A DNA stretch of 64,000 nucleotides from Pecten maximus (lineage: Eukaryota). Shown here piece by piece: positions 12,501 through 25,420 of this stretch. The stretch's first letter is position 1. Each line of letters opens with the position of its first letter. The stretch is from assembly GCF_902652985.1 (NCBI RefSeq), contig NC_047028.1:20522001-20586000 (forward strand). Direction: 5' to 3'. The translations under genes were made by a program, and so were the position numbers. Under the pieces are notes generated by a model. The model saw nothing but the letters and a program-made list of their open reading frames with translations. It did no database searches and was not told the DNA's origin.

Positions 12501-15500
12501 TCCAAAAACTGACAAATTTGGAAATGTATGAAAATATTACAATTTATTATAAATCATAATAAAACAATAAGTAGGTTTATTCTTTCAAAGCAATAAATTG
12601 ACAAAAATCAAAATATATTTTCAAGAATATAACAAAACAACTGCGAACTACTTCTAATGAGTTATCATTTCCATGACATCGTGAAGCGGTCTTCAGATGC
12701 CAGCCAATCAAATTGCATTGAATCACGTGATTCAAAAATTGTCACGGTCAAAGGTCACCGTGTCAACCAATCAAAACGCGTTTAGAGTTCATTCCACGTG
12801 TGATATAAATTGAATGTTATTCAACAGTTGTAATGATTATTCCATGCCTTGGCAGTTGCATAACACTCACCTATTGTGGTAGAAAGATATATCTACACGA
12901 ATCATACTTGAGAATTAACTGACGAGAATTGTGTTATCATTAGTAATCGGTAATAACTCACATGTTTATCTACACTGTATATATATATTATAATGATGCA
13001 ACTTTACACATGTGGTCGTTTCTAACAACTCAATCATATTTGATCATTATTATTATGTACCGATACACTATAGTCAGTAGCTTTGATTAATTTCGAGCAC
13101 GCACCTCGTAATATTTGTAAAATTGTATACTAACGATGGTAAGCATATTCTACGCCTTTTCTTAAATGTATTCTTATAAAAGGTGTTTCGTTAACACAGT
13201 AAACAATCATTTTCTATTCCTGTCATGGTCACCTTTGACCCCGGATCCCTCTCACTGATCAGCTACGAGCGTAAACAACTACGCGCTTTAAAATAGTTCT
13301 CCACACTAATATCAAATCTGTATAAATATCCTTATTCTCTGTACTGCTTCCAAAAATGAGGAGTACAAAGGAATGTAGAACATAGTTATATACATGTAAA
13401 CACATTCGGTACAACTGGATAACATAAATTTACATATCTACACTTTATATGTATGAATTAAATATTAGAGTATATAGAATATAAAGGATATTCATACGTC
13501 AATCTAATTCAAATAAGACTTGTAATTTCCGCTCTTCTACGATACCCTGCAATACTATTGTAGACTTGAAGTGTATTTTAGAGTATCGTAGAGGAATGGC
13601 AATTACAAGCGTAATTCTAATGAGATTGTTTTTTACGTGACACATAATACTAATTCATGAACATGTTAAGACAATCAATGCATAAATGTGTTTGTAAATA
13701 TACATCCAATAAAGATATGTCTATATGTATTTTCAAATATCTTGGCCGTAGGTCACATAGCGTTCCATCATAGAACATGGCTTTGTACATGTCACGCTAG
13801 TCACCGCCTTCGGCCTACGCCAGCCGGAGGTTTCATGGTTGTTACATTGCATTTTAACTACTAGCAAAAATACTACTCTTATTGTATCTTATTGTATTTT
13901 CTAGTACCGTTTATATATCATGTAATTGTATTTGTATTCTATGTGTCTTGATAAAGGGGCGGATTGCCTCGAAAATTTGACATTTTTCATTGTCTACACT
14001 GTTTAAATTACTTCATTGTCCCATATTAACAATTCAAGTAATTCGTATCATGCAGACATACCCTCGTAAGGATCCGGTGTTACCCGGATTTGTACCGCTT
14101 ATATTACTTCTTTGATCAACATATGTGTATACATATATGACATATATATAATAGAGTTAAAACAGATGCTATGGGTTTATTTGGAAAATCGTTCCAGTAA
14201 GATATACCTTTTGATTAAGAGTATAGAAACATACACTCTCCTGTATTTGCCATATTTTCCAAACTAAATTGTCAGATGTTATGGATAGCTGTGAATGATG
14301 TAGGGGACGACAAATAGAAATACTATTCTAAAATGTAGATGATTTATATATATTGAAACTGATTATCCTTGTTCAAAACTAAAGCTCCTAGACCTATTTG
14401 TAGCAGAAATGTGTTGTTGAGAATATTCTTATGTTTTTTTAGTGGCCACGCTTGACTGGACTCGCGAACCGTGATCGAAGCAGCGTGGAGGAGGCCCAGA
14501 TGTCTACGTACGAGAGCCCATACACGGCGGAGAATCCAGCCTCGTTTTACCATTACTCTCTACATCCTGATGACCTGGCCACCAGGAGGAGCATCAGTGT
14601 CTACTCACTTAAAGACCCGGATAAAAAGAAAAAGAACAGCCGATTTCCACAATGTCGGGTGTGTTTCGCGACCATGCTGCTAGTCAGTCTCGGAGTGGCC
14701 ATTGCGGTTGCAGTGACTTTGGCAATAATGTGTAAGTAGAGCAACTGAATGATATTACTTAAGCATTGAACTGTTTTTGCATGGTATTTATGATCTATTT
14801 GAATGCCAGAGCTTTGCAAGCAAGCTCTGTCATTCAAATAGATCATAAATACCATGCAAAAACAGTTCAACGCTTATATTTACATTCCTTTTACTTTTTT
14901 AATATTTTAAATGCTATAATTCATATTTAAAATTCATAATTCCTGCATTACCGACAGTCGTTGGAACAGCCGGAACATGGTCGCGTGCTTTTTGGCAAAC
15001 AAAATAGTACATGGAAAATTTTAATAAATAATCATTTTATTATCAACGTAATGCGCAATTGGCATATATTTTATAACAAATAATGTAGACAAAATAATTA
15101 GTCGTTAAACTTAATTATCCTGGATGTTGTAGTTCCGGTTTGTGGTGTATTAATACGCTGATAAGTGTAGCGCGTGATGGATGGCATTTAAACGTACAGT
15201 GTACATTAATGCCAGAGCTCTCAAACAGACTATATAGTGACAATGCCAGAAAAATATAAATATATCTAATATGAAATAGGTATTATCTTAGGCGAACTCC
15301 ATTTTCATTGCTCATTTGCACTGAGTGGAATGAATACAAAAGCGATGACCAGTCCCCTTCTTAATGTATAGATACAGTATTCCTGGTGGAACTAAAATGT
15401 ATTTATATATGTACATAACTTTCCTATAATTACGTCGTTGATACTTCAGGAGCTACGCTCACTTTCACTCTCTGCTCCCTGGAATATGTCATAGTGAAAT

Positions 15501-18500
15501 CGAAGGCTCAGTCACCGCTATCTTGGAGATAAAACAAGCTGACTAGTTTGATCTTTTGATGAACATTAAACGAAAATCAAGGTCGCCATACCATTAATTG
15601 ACTGGCTTTGAACATGTTACCACTCCTCAGTGAACGTCAAAGGAAATTAGTCAGTTTAACGTTTGCCAAGTTTTTCCTGATACCATTCAAATAACTTGTT
15701 GGGTGGATATAGCGAAAATGAACGTAACTCCTATGAGTATCGAGGGTGGTTCATAATCTATTGATAAGGGGCCTACCATGGAATGTCAAACACAAGTCGT
15801 ATGCTCGATAACTACTATACGAATTTGTTACACAGAGCAAGATTTTTGGCAGAAATTATCTATTGTAATGTTATCATGGCCGATGGCCATTGCATACACA
15901 GCTTTGATCCATTCTGGCTTTGTCGGCTTTGTTGTTCCAAATGTGATTCGATATGAGCTATTACAACGGCGCAGTGTCATTAAAAGCGTTTTGAATTAAA
16001 AAAAAAAAGAAAAAAGAAAATGAATAAGAAAATTAAAAGAAACAACCTTCAAATATATTTTCTTGATTTTCGTGCGATGACAATTTTCAAAAGAGCGAAC
16101 ATTGAAATGACTTGGATCAAATGGTATATTCCTTCATACGAATATTCTTCGCGGGCTCACGTAAGAGAGGTCGCTGAAAGTGGATTGAATGTCGAATGCA
16201 TATGACACTTCTTATCATCATTATAAAATTAATCTATTATGTATCTTACTTGCAGTGTCGGACCCTCATCCCAAGTTCTATCGGACCAAAGGTACAGGTT
16301 GGTAAACGGCAAAACTTATCACACAACTGGAACAACATACCCTCACGTATCAGCTTTAACTGTGAAGAATGACAGTTCTTAATTTACATGTAATCTGCCT
16401 AAAAAATCTTGAGGTTCTCAACCATTCGGCACTGGAATTAAGTATCTTTATATAGCGATAAATTCTATATCGATCAACATGTAATTTAGTGGGTTAGATA
16501 AATAAGCCAAACAACATGTATTACAATTTAGACCATGTTGCCTTCAGTAATGCCTTACATTGTATATATAGTGGAAAACTCCGCTTATAACAAGTAAAAG
16601 AAGGTCGTTTTGTAAGCAGATTTCAGCATTTGAAACTGCTTTAAAAATCAGTCGATGTTCACCTTATCATACATGTACCGATTAAGTATCGAATTTCTAG
16701 TTTTTAGATGAGCAGGGTGCTCTGTATGACCCGTTTGAATATTGTCCAATAATAAACGAACACATAACCAAGCTTAAGAAGCTTCAAATCAATAATATGA
16801 AGAATGAACGAGGGGGAAAAGCTTCAAAGCAAGGCCAATTTATTATATATAAGAAATTTATTGTGTTCACCAGTAAATTACATCTTCTATAACATAAATG
16901 AGAATAACAATCCAGACCCAATATAATTATAGTTAGGTTTGTAATTTCCCTTTGTATCGTAGAGGAACATACATTTCAAGTCTAATTTTAGTAAGATTGC
17001 ATCAAGACATGGAAATATGTTGATTAGCTACTTGTTGTTGTCCACAGATAACACAACTCTCAGTAAGGACTTTTTGAAGGAAAAAGAAGCGGATTTCGGT
17101 AACGACATCTGTGATTTGGTGAGTTTGAGTCGTGTGAAAGTTGCATATGCTGTTGACGATGTCTTCAATGTTTGTTTACATCAAATCATTTACAGAAAGT
17201 ATACACTTTTATACTGCCTACCGACACTGTTTGTATCCATCTGTGGTTTTATGGATACCAAAACGAGGCTTGCAAACATTAAACAACCAGAACAAACTAG
17301 TAGATAAATTATCATTTCATTATTGAATTCCTGGTTTACCGGAGGCATATATCGATCTTGTGTGCGAAATGCCAAGTGCATCAATCATCCTTTCATCAAA
17401 GGGTCAAATGAACGACGGATAGTGAGAGTAAGGAGATATTTCTGAAATTGTTTATAGAAGAAACATATAGACATACATGTATTTGACATTTGTTTCTAGA
17501 TGAGTGCCATGTTTGACCTTCGGGATAGCTCGGATCAGACGAGGAAGGTCACCGACTGCAGCGTAATTCTGACAGACAGGTATATCTTTTATATAGGCAA
17601 ATGCCTGTAATTTCTTTAAACTTTGGAAATGCTAAAAATAATCGAAGAAAACTGGTCTGATGATATTTTTCAAATTATCCATCAATCCTTTCGAGTCTAT
17701 TGTTTACAATCTTACTTCGATTTGACCTTTGTTTTTATGGCGGGCTTCATCGTTATAGAAAGTTATTTTGATTGAAGCACACCTACATTTTCGTTAAATA
17801 TCAGCGAAAGGCAATTGACACTACTCTTTTTCATTACAGTCCCGGGAATATGGTCATCAACGTCAAGTTGAACGTGGATGAGACTTTTATCAAGTCAGAT
17901 GCAGACAAGATTAAATCTATGCTGGTAGCGAATGCTTTCACACTCAGTTCGAATTCTTCTGTAAAGAAACTGATGATTGCTGTACCTTCTAACAAAACCG
18001 ACATACCAACGGAGATGCAAAGTGATTCCTCGATAGATCCTAGTTCTTCTGTAGAGATGAAGACATCTAGCATACCAAATATAGACGCTAGATCGTCTCT
18101 TGATATGGAAACATCAGTAAGAGAAACAATAGATGCTAGCGAAAGTTTAGGTATTGAGCCATCTAGTACACACGAAGAAGATGCTAGTACTTCTGTAAGT
18201 ATTGAGGACTTCACAATGCCAACCGCATCCAATATTACGTCACCATCAACCACACAAGATATGTCGCCGTCAGTCTCTGCCGAAGTTGTTTCCTCATCTA
18301 CGATATCGTCTTCTAAAATTATTTCGTCTTCGTATTCACAAGCAATTTTAGTACCTGATACTGTGTCTGTTGGTATTGATGGCGTATCTAGTGATTCGTC
18401 CATAAGTGTAACGCCTGACACTTTTTCCAGCATAGCATTATCAAATACTATAAGCAAGACATCGGCAATTGTTAGTTCGGTTGAATATCCTACATCGGTT

Positions 18501-21500
18501 TCCATAAGTGATGTGGTGCCCAGCGTATCGTCGTCTCCAGCTGTACTTATATCTCTTGATTCTTCCTTGTCGCATCTAAATACAGAATTGACGTCTTCGG
18601 CTGATAGACTCAGCAGTAGTATGTCCCTTCGTGATGGTCAGATGTCAACAGACAAGACGGAATTTATTAGATCTAAGGTTACCAACGATTTGAGTTCATA
18701 TTCTGTTTTAAATTCCGTGATTATTTCGGATTCGGTATCTACAAAACCAATCATTACAGCTACTGCTATCCTACAACACGTCATAGATTCTACTGTGACG
18801 TCACATCCGGTATATACTACACAATATAAGGAACACATTTCATCATCGATGATGTCTTCTGGGTACGGAACAGATAAAGAGGAGATTACATCATATGCAC
18901 AAGTTTCAGCCGCAGATGTGCCCCTAATCACATCTTATACACCAACAGATGGGTTAAGTTATTTCCCCTCATCTGTATCTACATATGAGGTTAGGAATTC
19001 GGGAAACATTAATAGAAATATATTGAAAACATCAATTGAATACGGCCTGGAATCCACTGTGATGGCAACTAAAGCGTTATATAGATCACCAGTGATATCT
19101 TCCTCAGACGTAATCATTAACATTGACCAGCCACCATTAGCGTCTAGTTTGTCTTTGTCATCAAGTATGGACAATCCTCCCCTTCATTCTGTGTTTTCAA
19201 CTCAGAATATTCCATCCTCTTATGTTGCTTCGTCAATGTTATCAGATGTAACACCAAACGTTACACTGAAAACACAAGCAATCGAATCAGGAACTCAGAC
19301 TGTTTCTGATAATCTGATACAGACAAAATTGTCGACCACTTCGGTGCTTTATCCTTCAGTAGTGATCCACACCCCGGATATGACGTCATTACAACCCGAC
19401 AATCCTTCACAGAGCGTAACAGCAACAGCAACTGAAACTGTTCCAGAGTCACCGCCGATGTTGAGGTGGTTAGATACAACTATGTTTGCGTCGGAAAATG
19501 TCATGGACACTAACTCATCATCAGTGGTTGAAATGCCATTGATGAATAAAACTAACGATAATGAAACGCTAGATAAACCGTCCTCCCACGTAACAGTACC
19601 TGTGTTGAGAAAGAACGTCACACTGGAGACTTCCCCGTCACCGGTGAGCGTACCAGAGCTTAGTAACAACACTGATGTTATTAACGACAACATAACACAC
19701 GTCACTGTTCCATTGTTAAAGCCTGAAGTTAAGTTGCCAGTCATAGGAACAACACAGACTCCCACTTCCACCACACAGGACGTGGGAAGAGCGATTTTCG
19801 AATCAGAAATATCCAATAGGGCAATGGGGACAGCTAACCCTGAAGACTTTTGGGACAATATATTGAAAATGGTTCAATATACTTCGACTAAGAAACCAAA
19901 TATGGGCGTAACATCAACATGGAAAAATATTTCGTCTGATTCAAACATATCGTCCGTTGTCGATGAAACCATAACGTCATCTTACGAGCCTGTGACGTCA
20001 TCATCTTTGTTATTGACAGGTAAGGCGGCGTTAAGTACAGACACGTTGTCAATGTCTTCTGTTTACATTGCAACATCGATAACGGAGATAAATGATAGTA
20101 TATCATCTTCAGTCATCCACCTGAAATCATCTGACAGCGTTGTTTATGATTCCACACCATCGACATCACTGTTGTCTTCTGATGTATATCCAAGTCCAAC
20201 AGCGTCATCATTGATAAGAGCAACACCAGTGCTAACGGCAGAACCTGGATTTAAATCTTCTATAGAACACAGTGCTATAACCGATACGCCCGTTGTGACA
20301 GATTCCACAGCAACAGTGTACAGATTAATGACTGCTTCAATAGGCAATGGTAACGATTTGATGTCGTCCGACGGAAGACGAAATGCTTCAGTCAAACTCA
20401 CAAACGATACAAAACATGGTGAAATGCTACTGTCGACTACTCTAGATGCGTCAGATGTTTCTTTGTCTTTCGTGCAAGATGCAACGTTGGACTCTCAAGT
20501 AAAAACCTCATCTGAGAGTAGTGATTTGGTGATGAAAACGGTGATAGTGTCCTCTGCCATGTTTGCTCCTAGTTCGACTATATCTGCCATCATTTCTTCG
20601 CAGTCTAGTGCTACTGTTACTCTCTCGGATGATTTTGCATTCTATGATTTAATGCCACTCTCCATAGAGAGTTCTTCAGTTAGAGGATCAAGTGGTGTAT
20701 TTTCTAGCAGTATCGTGTCGTCCAAAGACATTTCTCCAACAAGTTCGATGCTTCAGCAACAACTTACTGATGATTTTGACTTTTACGATCTAATGCCAGT
20801 GAATACTATGGCCTCCTCAGATGAAATAAGTCCCAGCAAAACAGAGTCTGCCGAAATGAAAACCGACATCTTTCTACCGGTTCATTGATATCTAGGGAAA
20901 ATGCTATTTCGTCCTTTGGAACGGAGATGCAAAGTGATTCCTCGATATATCCTAGTTCGTCTGTAGAGATGAAGACATCTAGCATACCAAATATAGACGC
21001 TAGATCGTCTCTTGATATGGAAACATCAGCTAGACAAACAATAGATGCTAGCGAAAGTTTAGGTATTGAGCCATCTAGTACACACGAAGAAGATGCTAGT
21101 ACTTCTGTAAGTATTGAGGACTTCACAATGTCAACGGTATATTCTAGTCAATATGAAAGCATGGCATCATCTACCAAACTTGATATTGCAGCTAGCTCCT
21201 CTAATTTGCAACCATCAGCGAACAGGGAATCGTTGACGCCGGTAAGAGATGTTAGCCCTTCGTTGAGCATGAAAATGCTCACTACTGAGCCATATTCTTC
21301 CTCATTGCTTAGCTCACATTCTTTTGGGTTAGAAATTAGCACAAGCACAAACGAGATGCATTCAGCAACAATTGACGTCACGCCATCTCTTGAAACAGTT
21401 TCAAACGAACTTTTTATAAAGACATCTTCTTTAAATGCTGTTCAACTGACATCAATGATTAGTTCATCGTCGACAAGTTTTGAACAGAAATCTTCGTCGA

Positions 21501-21967
21501 ATATTAAGGCTACCACCTCGTTAAGTGACGTTACTGCGAGCGCCGCAACGGAGCCACCGCCAAGCGAACCAGTGGTTTTCAATCCAGGATCTGAATTCGG
21601 GGATAGGCTATTTTTTGCAAATGATTTTTCTAAAATGGATTTTACCAGACATGATGTTGCAACTGACGGCAAATCATCCCTACCATCTTCGCTCTTTAAC
21701 ACTGTTCCAATGATACCTCGAGTTACCACGCCAAATGTGCTAAGTCCACGTGTCAGAGTTCCTGACTTATTCCAGGTGGAGACAAATCCGTTTCAAACCG
21801 CTCCAACAACCCCTAAACCTGCAGTTACTACTCCTAAGCTCGCATCGCCGGCGCAAAAGGGTGAGGAAACAGACTCGCTTTCATCTGGACAATTTCTGTT
21901 TGACCTTGGAAGTTTAGGAGGAGGTTTTGGAAGTAATCTTGGTCTTGGTAATATCAATTTCAACTAA
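9530..21967 (+). CDS. Type II transmembrane SEA-domain, mucin-like Ser/Thr-rich protein (1185 aa to the stop at 20888; ~1545 aa if a 1-nt frameshift near 20870 is corrected)
   Basis: Phase-compatible GT-AG exons: 9530-9562 (MENWTSRPQDK), 14443-14731 (KKKK then TM FATMLLVSLGVAIAVAVTLAIM), 16256-16291 (or 16297), 17048-17118 (DFGNDICDL), 17500-17579 (DCSVILTD), 17840 onward (SPGNMVINVKLNV, SEA GSVVV-like strand, then S/T-rich). An extra micro-exon between 16300 and 17048 cannot be excluded. Confidence 0.8.
11089..11340 (-). mobile_element. Degenerate SINE (CORE-like domain)
   Basis: Minus strand contains TGTTGTGTCCTTGGGTAAGACACTTCAC, resembling the CORE-type SINE central motif, followed by an A-rich (ACAA) tail. 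Confidence 0.55.
12209..12883. mobile_element. Non-autonomous palindromic DNA element (second copy at 44428-44750)
   Basis: ~170-bp hairpin at 12209-12384; second IR pair CTACCACAATAG / CTATTGTGGTAG; block GGTCAAAGGTCACCGTGTCAACCAATCAAAACGCGTTTAG shared with ~44663-44750. Confidence 0.7.
13500..13628. mobile_element. Second copy of the palindromic CAATCT...AGATTG MITE
   Basis: Same arms as 2245-2364; degenerate flanking duplication ending in TACGT on both sides. Confidence 0.75.
14443..14731 (+). CDS. Exon encoding cytoplasmic tail and signal-anchor TM helix of the SEA/mucin gene
   Basis: Polypyrimidine+AG acceptor at 14441-14442, T|GTAAGT donor, basic cluster before a 22-aa hydrophobic segment. 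Confidence 0.85.
17840..20888 (+). CDS. Large exon: end of SEA-like domain plus S/T-rich mucin-like region
   Basis: ~1015 open codons, strongly Ser/Thr-biased, acceptor TTACAG at 17834-17839. Confidence 0.9.
18008..18218 (+). repeat. 211-bp coding duplication, copy 1 (copy 2 at 20920-21130)
   Basis: Near-identical blocks (about 5 substitutions) encoding TEMQSDSSI...SIEDFTM. Confidence 0.95.
20885..21967 (+). CDS. Continuation of the mucin-like region in the -1 frame, ending in a Phe/Gly-rich C-terminus
   Basis: 360-aa ORF overlapping the stop of the previous ORF, same composition, contains the duplicated 70-aa block. Confidence 0.8.
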   Translation: MISRENAISSFGTEMQSDSSIYPSSSVEMKTSSIPNIDARSSLDMETSARQTIDASESLGIEPSSTHEEDASTSVSIEDFTMSTVYSSQYESMASSTKLDIAASSSNLQPSANRESLTPVRDVSPSLSMKMLTTEPYSSSLLSSHSFGLEISTSTNEMHSATIDVTPSLETVSNELFIKTSSLNAVQLTSMISSSSTSFEQKSSSNIKATTSLSDVTASAATEPPPSEPVVFNPGSEFGDRLFFANDFSKMDFTRHDVATDGKSSLPSSLFNTVPMIPRVTTPNVLSPRVRVPDLFQVETNPFQTAPTTPKPAVTTPKLASPAQKGEETDSLSSGQFLFDLGSLGGGFGSNLGLGNINFN

Positions 21968-23979
21968 TTACCTATAACTGGTGGAAGAGGAACTATAACT
22001 TACCGCACGCTAAATGTACTTAGCAGGAAAAATCATGCATAGAAGGTGTACGATTGCGTATTATTTGACAAAATACTAACTGGCAAAGAAAGCATTTTCC
22101 CTTGTGATTTTCAGATCTCGTTGATGTTGTTACGTGAGCCCAGTGACAGCGTGAATCAGAGAAGTTGCTCTCGAACGGGCTTTGAGGAAGTAAATGATTT
22201 ATACTTCATAATCTAAACCGTTTACGTAATTTGGTGGGGACTTTACACAGCATAGAAACATTCACTACACGGGAAGTGGAATTCGAGAAGGACTTTTCTG
22301 TACTATAAACTATCATCAATCGTCATCTACTTATATCCTTCGATAACTATCATCCAATCAACAGACTAATCTGTCTCAAACGTCTTCGTATTCAGCGAGT
22401 CCTCACGAGGATCTACGATTCAATAATATAATTGTTATGTAGATTATATAGATACCATGCGCAGTTAAACATCTTATCATATCTGATTTACACATGATCC
22501 CGTTATGATAGAAGACTTTTGCAATTATTCAAATTAGATATACGGTTTTACCAGAAGCTTGAAGCAAGACGATGAACCTTGTTTCAAGTAATTTTTGTGA
22601 CTTTTTTTCTCAACGGTACCAAAATATAACCCATAGTACGCACGTTAAACCCATGGCCGAAAGTTACCCAAGTTGTGATTGTAATGGATGTATATGACGG
22701 GCGATAATGGAGTATGTGTGTGTATTGTGATATTATTATTAGTTATGCTTCTGTGAAACCTTTACTATATCACTCTATCTCATTTAATATTCATCTGGTG
22801 TACATAGAGTAACGTACATAGGTTTACTTTTATCCTGGGCTAGGAGTATCATATGACGGTAAGGGTAACATGGAAATCAGATTGATTCGGGACAGCATTT
22901 GCTGGATATGAGACTAAGAATCAAATATAATTGTTACGATCGGTTCTATCAAGACCTGGAATCAAACAATTGATATTCGTTACATCTCGATCTTTTCCGA
23001 CAAAGCTCGGAATTTAATCTTCAAATGTCAATCGCAAAACTTGGCTTTTTCCGCCAAGGGTCGGAATCAATTATCGAACGTCTATCGCCACATATATGAG
23101 CCTATTCCGTCAAGACTCGAAATCAACTCTGAAATGTTTTTCGCATTCGGTGTTTTATTTTAGTTTTGTTTGTTCATTGTTTGTTCATTATTTTTTCCGG
23201 AATCAAAAAATATAACAAATGGAAAAAAAACAAAACCAAATGCTTTGTATCATGACGCGTAGATCTAAAGTGTGAAAGTCGTACGAGGTGTGTTTGATAA
23301 TGGTGTAAGTTATTCTATCAAAATACTGCATTTTGAAATTAATTAGGTAAAATAATATTCTTAGAAACGAGACTAAAGACATCCAACAGTGTTGTCGTTT
23401 TTAAATCACAAAAAAATATCTGAGAATACATTGTGTGAATTTAGTTGTTATCGTTTTGATAAAATAATAACGTACATTACAGTATGAAACAAGTTCGGTT
23501 GAATGTTTAATAAGTGTATATGACAATATTCATGTAGCGTATTACATTTGACATGTAGTTTTTGTGAGTGTTAAACTATTACACATAGGGAATGACGTCA
23601 CATGTGAGGGAGTAGAAATTACTGAGAGTTGATTGATCCAGTGTGCGAGTGTTAGGTATGGACATCATTTTATAAATGTTATAGGATTATGGTGTAATTT
23701 GTAAGATATTTAGTATACATTAAAACAAATTCATCACTTTGAAATTATTAATGTTTTATTCTATGGGTTTGCGCATTACACGTACATTACATTCCCGTTC
23801 ATACTGACTTACGTCTTTGCCATTAAACAATATAATCTGAATAAATATTCAGTAAAGCTTCAGAAGATTCACTTCAATGACAAATTCTCTCATCTCCGAA
23901 ACTTTGGATACGGCTACTGATGGGGTTTCCCAAACACATCGGTTAGCTAGAAGACAACAATTATTATATAATGAAACAA

Positions 23980-25420
23980 GGTTATCTAGTATAAAGGAAG
24001 AATATTACATATTGCATTGATGTCATATGTTATATTATTGGCATTATATAATAAAACAGTTATTTAAAAAAAAATGACATAAATAGTATACAAATGCTCG
24101 ATAATATCGCAGGTATAATATGATAAAATACAATTATATGGATTAGGAATTATATTATAAGTATTTTACAAAGATTGAAAAACAAGTTATAACAACTTAT
24201 ATTAATTACGCTATCAATGGTATTGTACAAGACAAAACAGTTATCTAGCAAATGAATGGTATTGCATATTACCTCAATATCAGTCAATATTACGGGTATC
24301 GAACCGAATGATAAAACAAAGTTATCTGGTTAAACAAATAATATTATATATCACATCAATTCTAGGTAATATTACTATAATTGTATAAGAAAATACAGTT
24401 ATCTAGTAAAGGAATGGCATTACATATTACATCAACATCAGGCAATATTACTGGTATTATATAATAAAACAAATGTTATCTGGTAAACAAATAATATTAC
24501 ATTGTACATTAATTCTAGGTAATTTTACTATAGTTGTATAAGAAAACACAGTCTAGTAAAGGAATGGTATTACTTCGGTGTCCGGTTGTATTACAGGTAC
24601 TGTAATACTGTTACATAGTACACCAATGGTAGGTGATATAACTGGTATTATATATATTGAACTTTTATCTAGTAAAGAATAATATTGCATAGTATACCAA
24701 TGCTAGGTAATATTACAGGAATTATATAATAAAATATTTAAATAGTAAAAGAATAATATTACAGTCAACCCTTGCCAGGTGATATAATTGTTATCATATA
24801 TAATGAAACATATTTTTTTAGTAAAGGAATAATGTTTCATAGTACATCAATGCTAGGTAATATTACTGATGTTATATAATGTATCTCACTAATCTGATAA
24901 ATCAGTTATCTAGTAAAGGAATAATATTACATGGTTCCCAAATGCTACGTAATATCACTGGTGTTATAGATAAAACACAGTAAATGAAATGAAACTACAT
25001 ATAACACCAATGCCGGGCTATATAAAGTTATATTACATAGTGCAACCATACGAGGTAATGTCACTGGGTTTTTCTTATAAAACCAAGGCCGTAAAGGGAT
25101 TAATAGTACATCGTACAACCATGCTAGGTAATATTACTGGCTTTATATAATGAAAATAAGGCTATAAAGTGATTGATATTACATAGTTCAGTCATGCTAG
25201 GTAATTTTACTTGGTTCATATGATAAAACTTGTCTAGTAAGTAGATTAATAGTACATAGTACAACCATGCTAGGTAATATTACTGGCTTTATATAATGAA
25301 AATAAGGTTATAAAGTGATTGATATTACATAGTTCAGCCATGCTAGGCAATATTACTGATTTCATATAATACAACTAAGCTGGTAAATGGATTAATTTTA
25401 CACAGTACAGCCGTACTAGA
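23980..25420. repeat. Degenerate AT-rich satellite, ~65-70-bp unit
   Basis: Recurrent GTTATCTAGTAAAGGAAT...TGCTAGGTAATATTACTGG motifs. Confidence 0.8.

Noticed and set aside
16627-16650. Possible extra SEA micro-exon (AFETALKI)
   Set aside because: Phase-compatible, but the donor (GTCGAT) is weak; not supportable without transcripts.
20825-20890. Programmed -1 ribosomal frameshift
   Set aside because: No canonical slippery heptamer seen; a single-T indel explains it more simply.
17834-21729. Multiple antisense ORFs over the mucin exon
   Set aside because: Shadow frames of low-complexity S/T-rich coding sequence.
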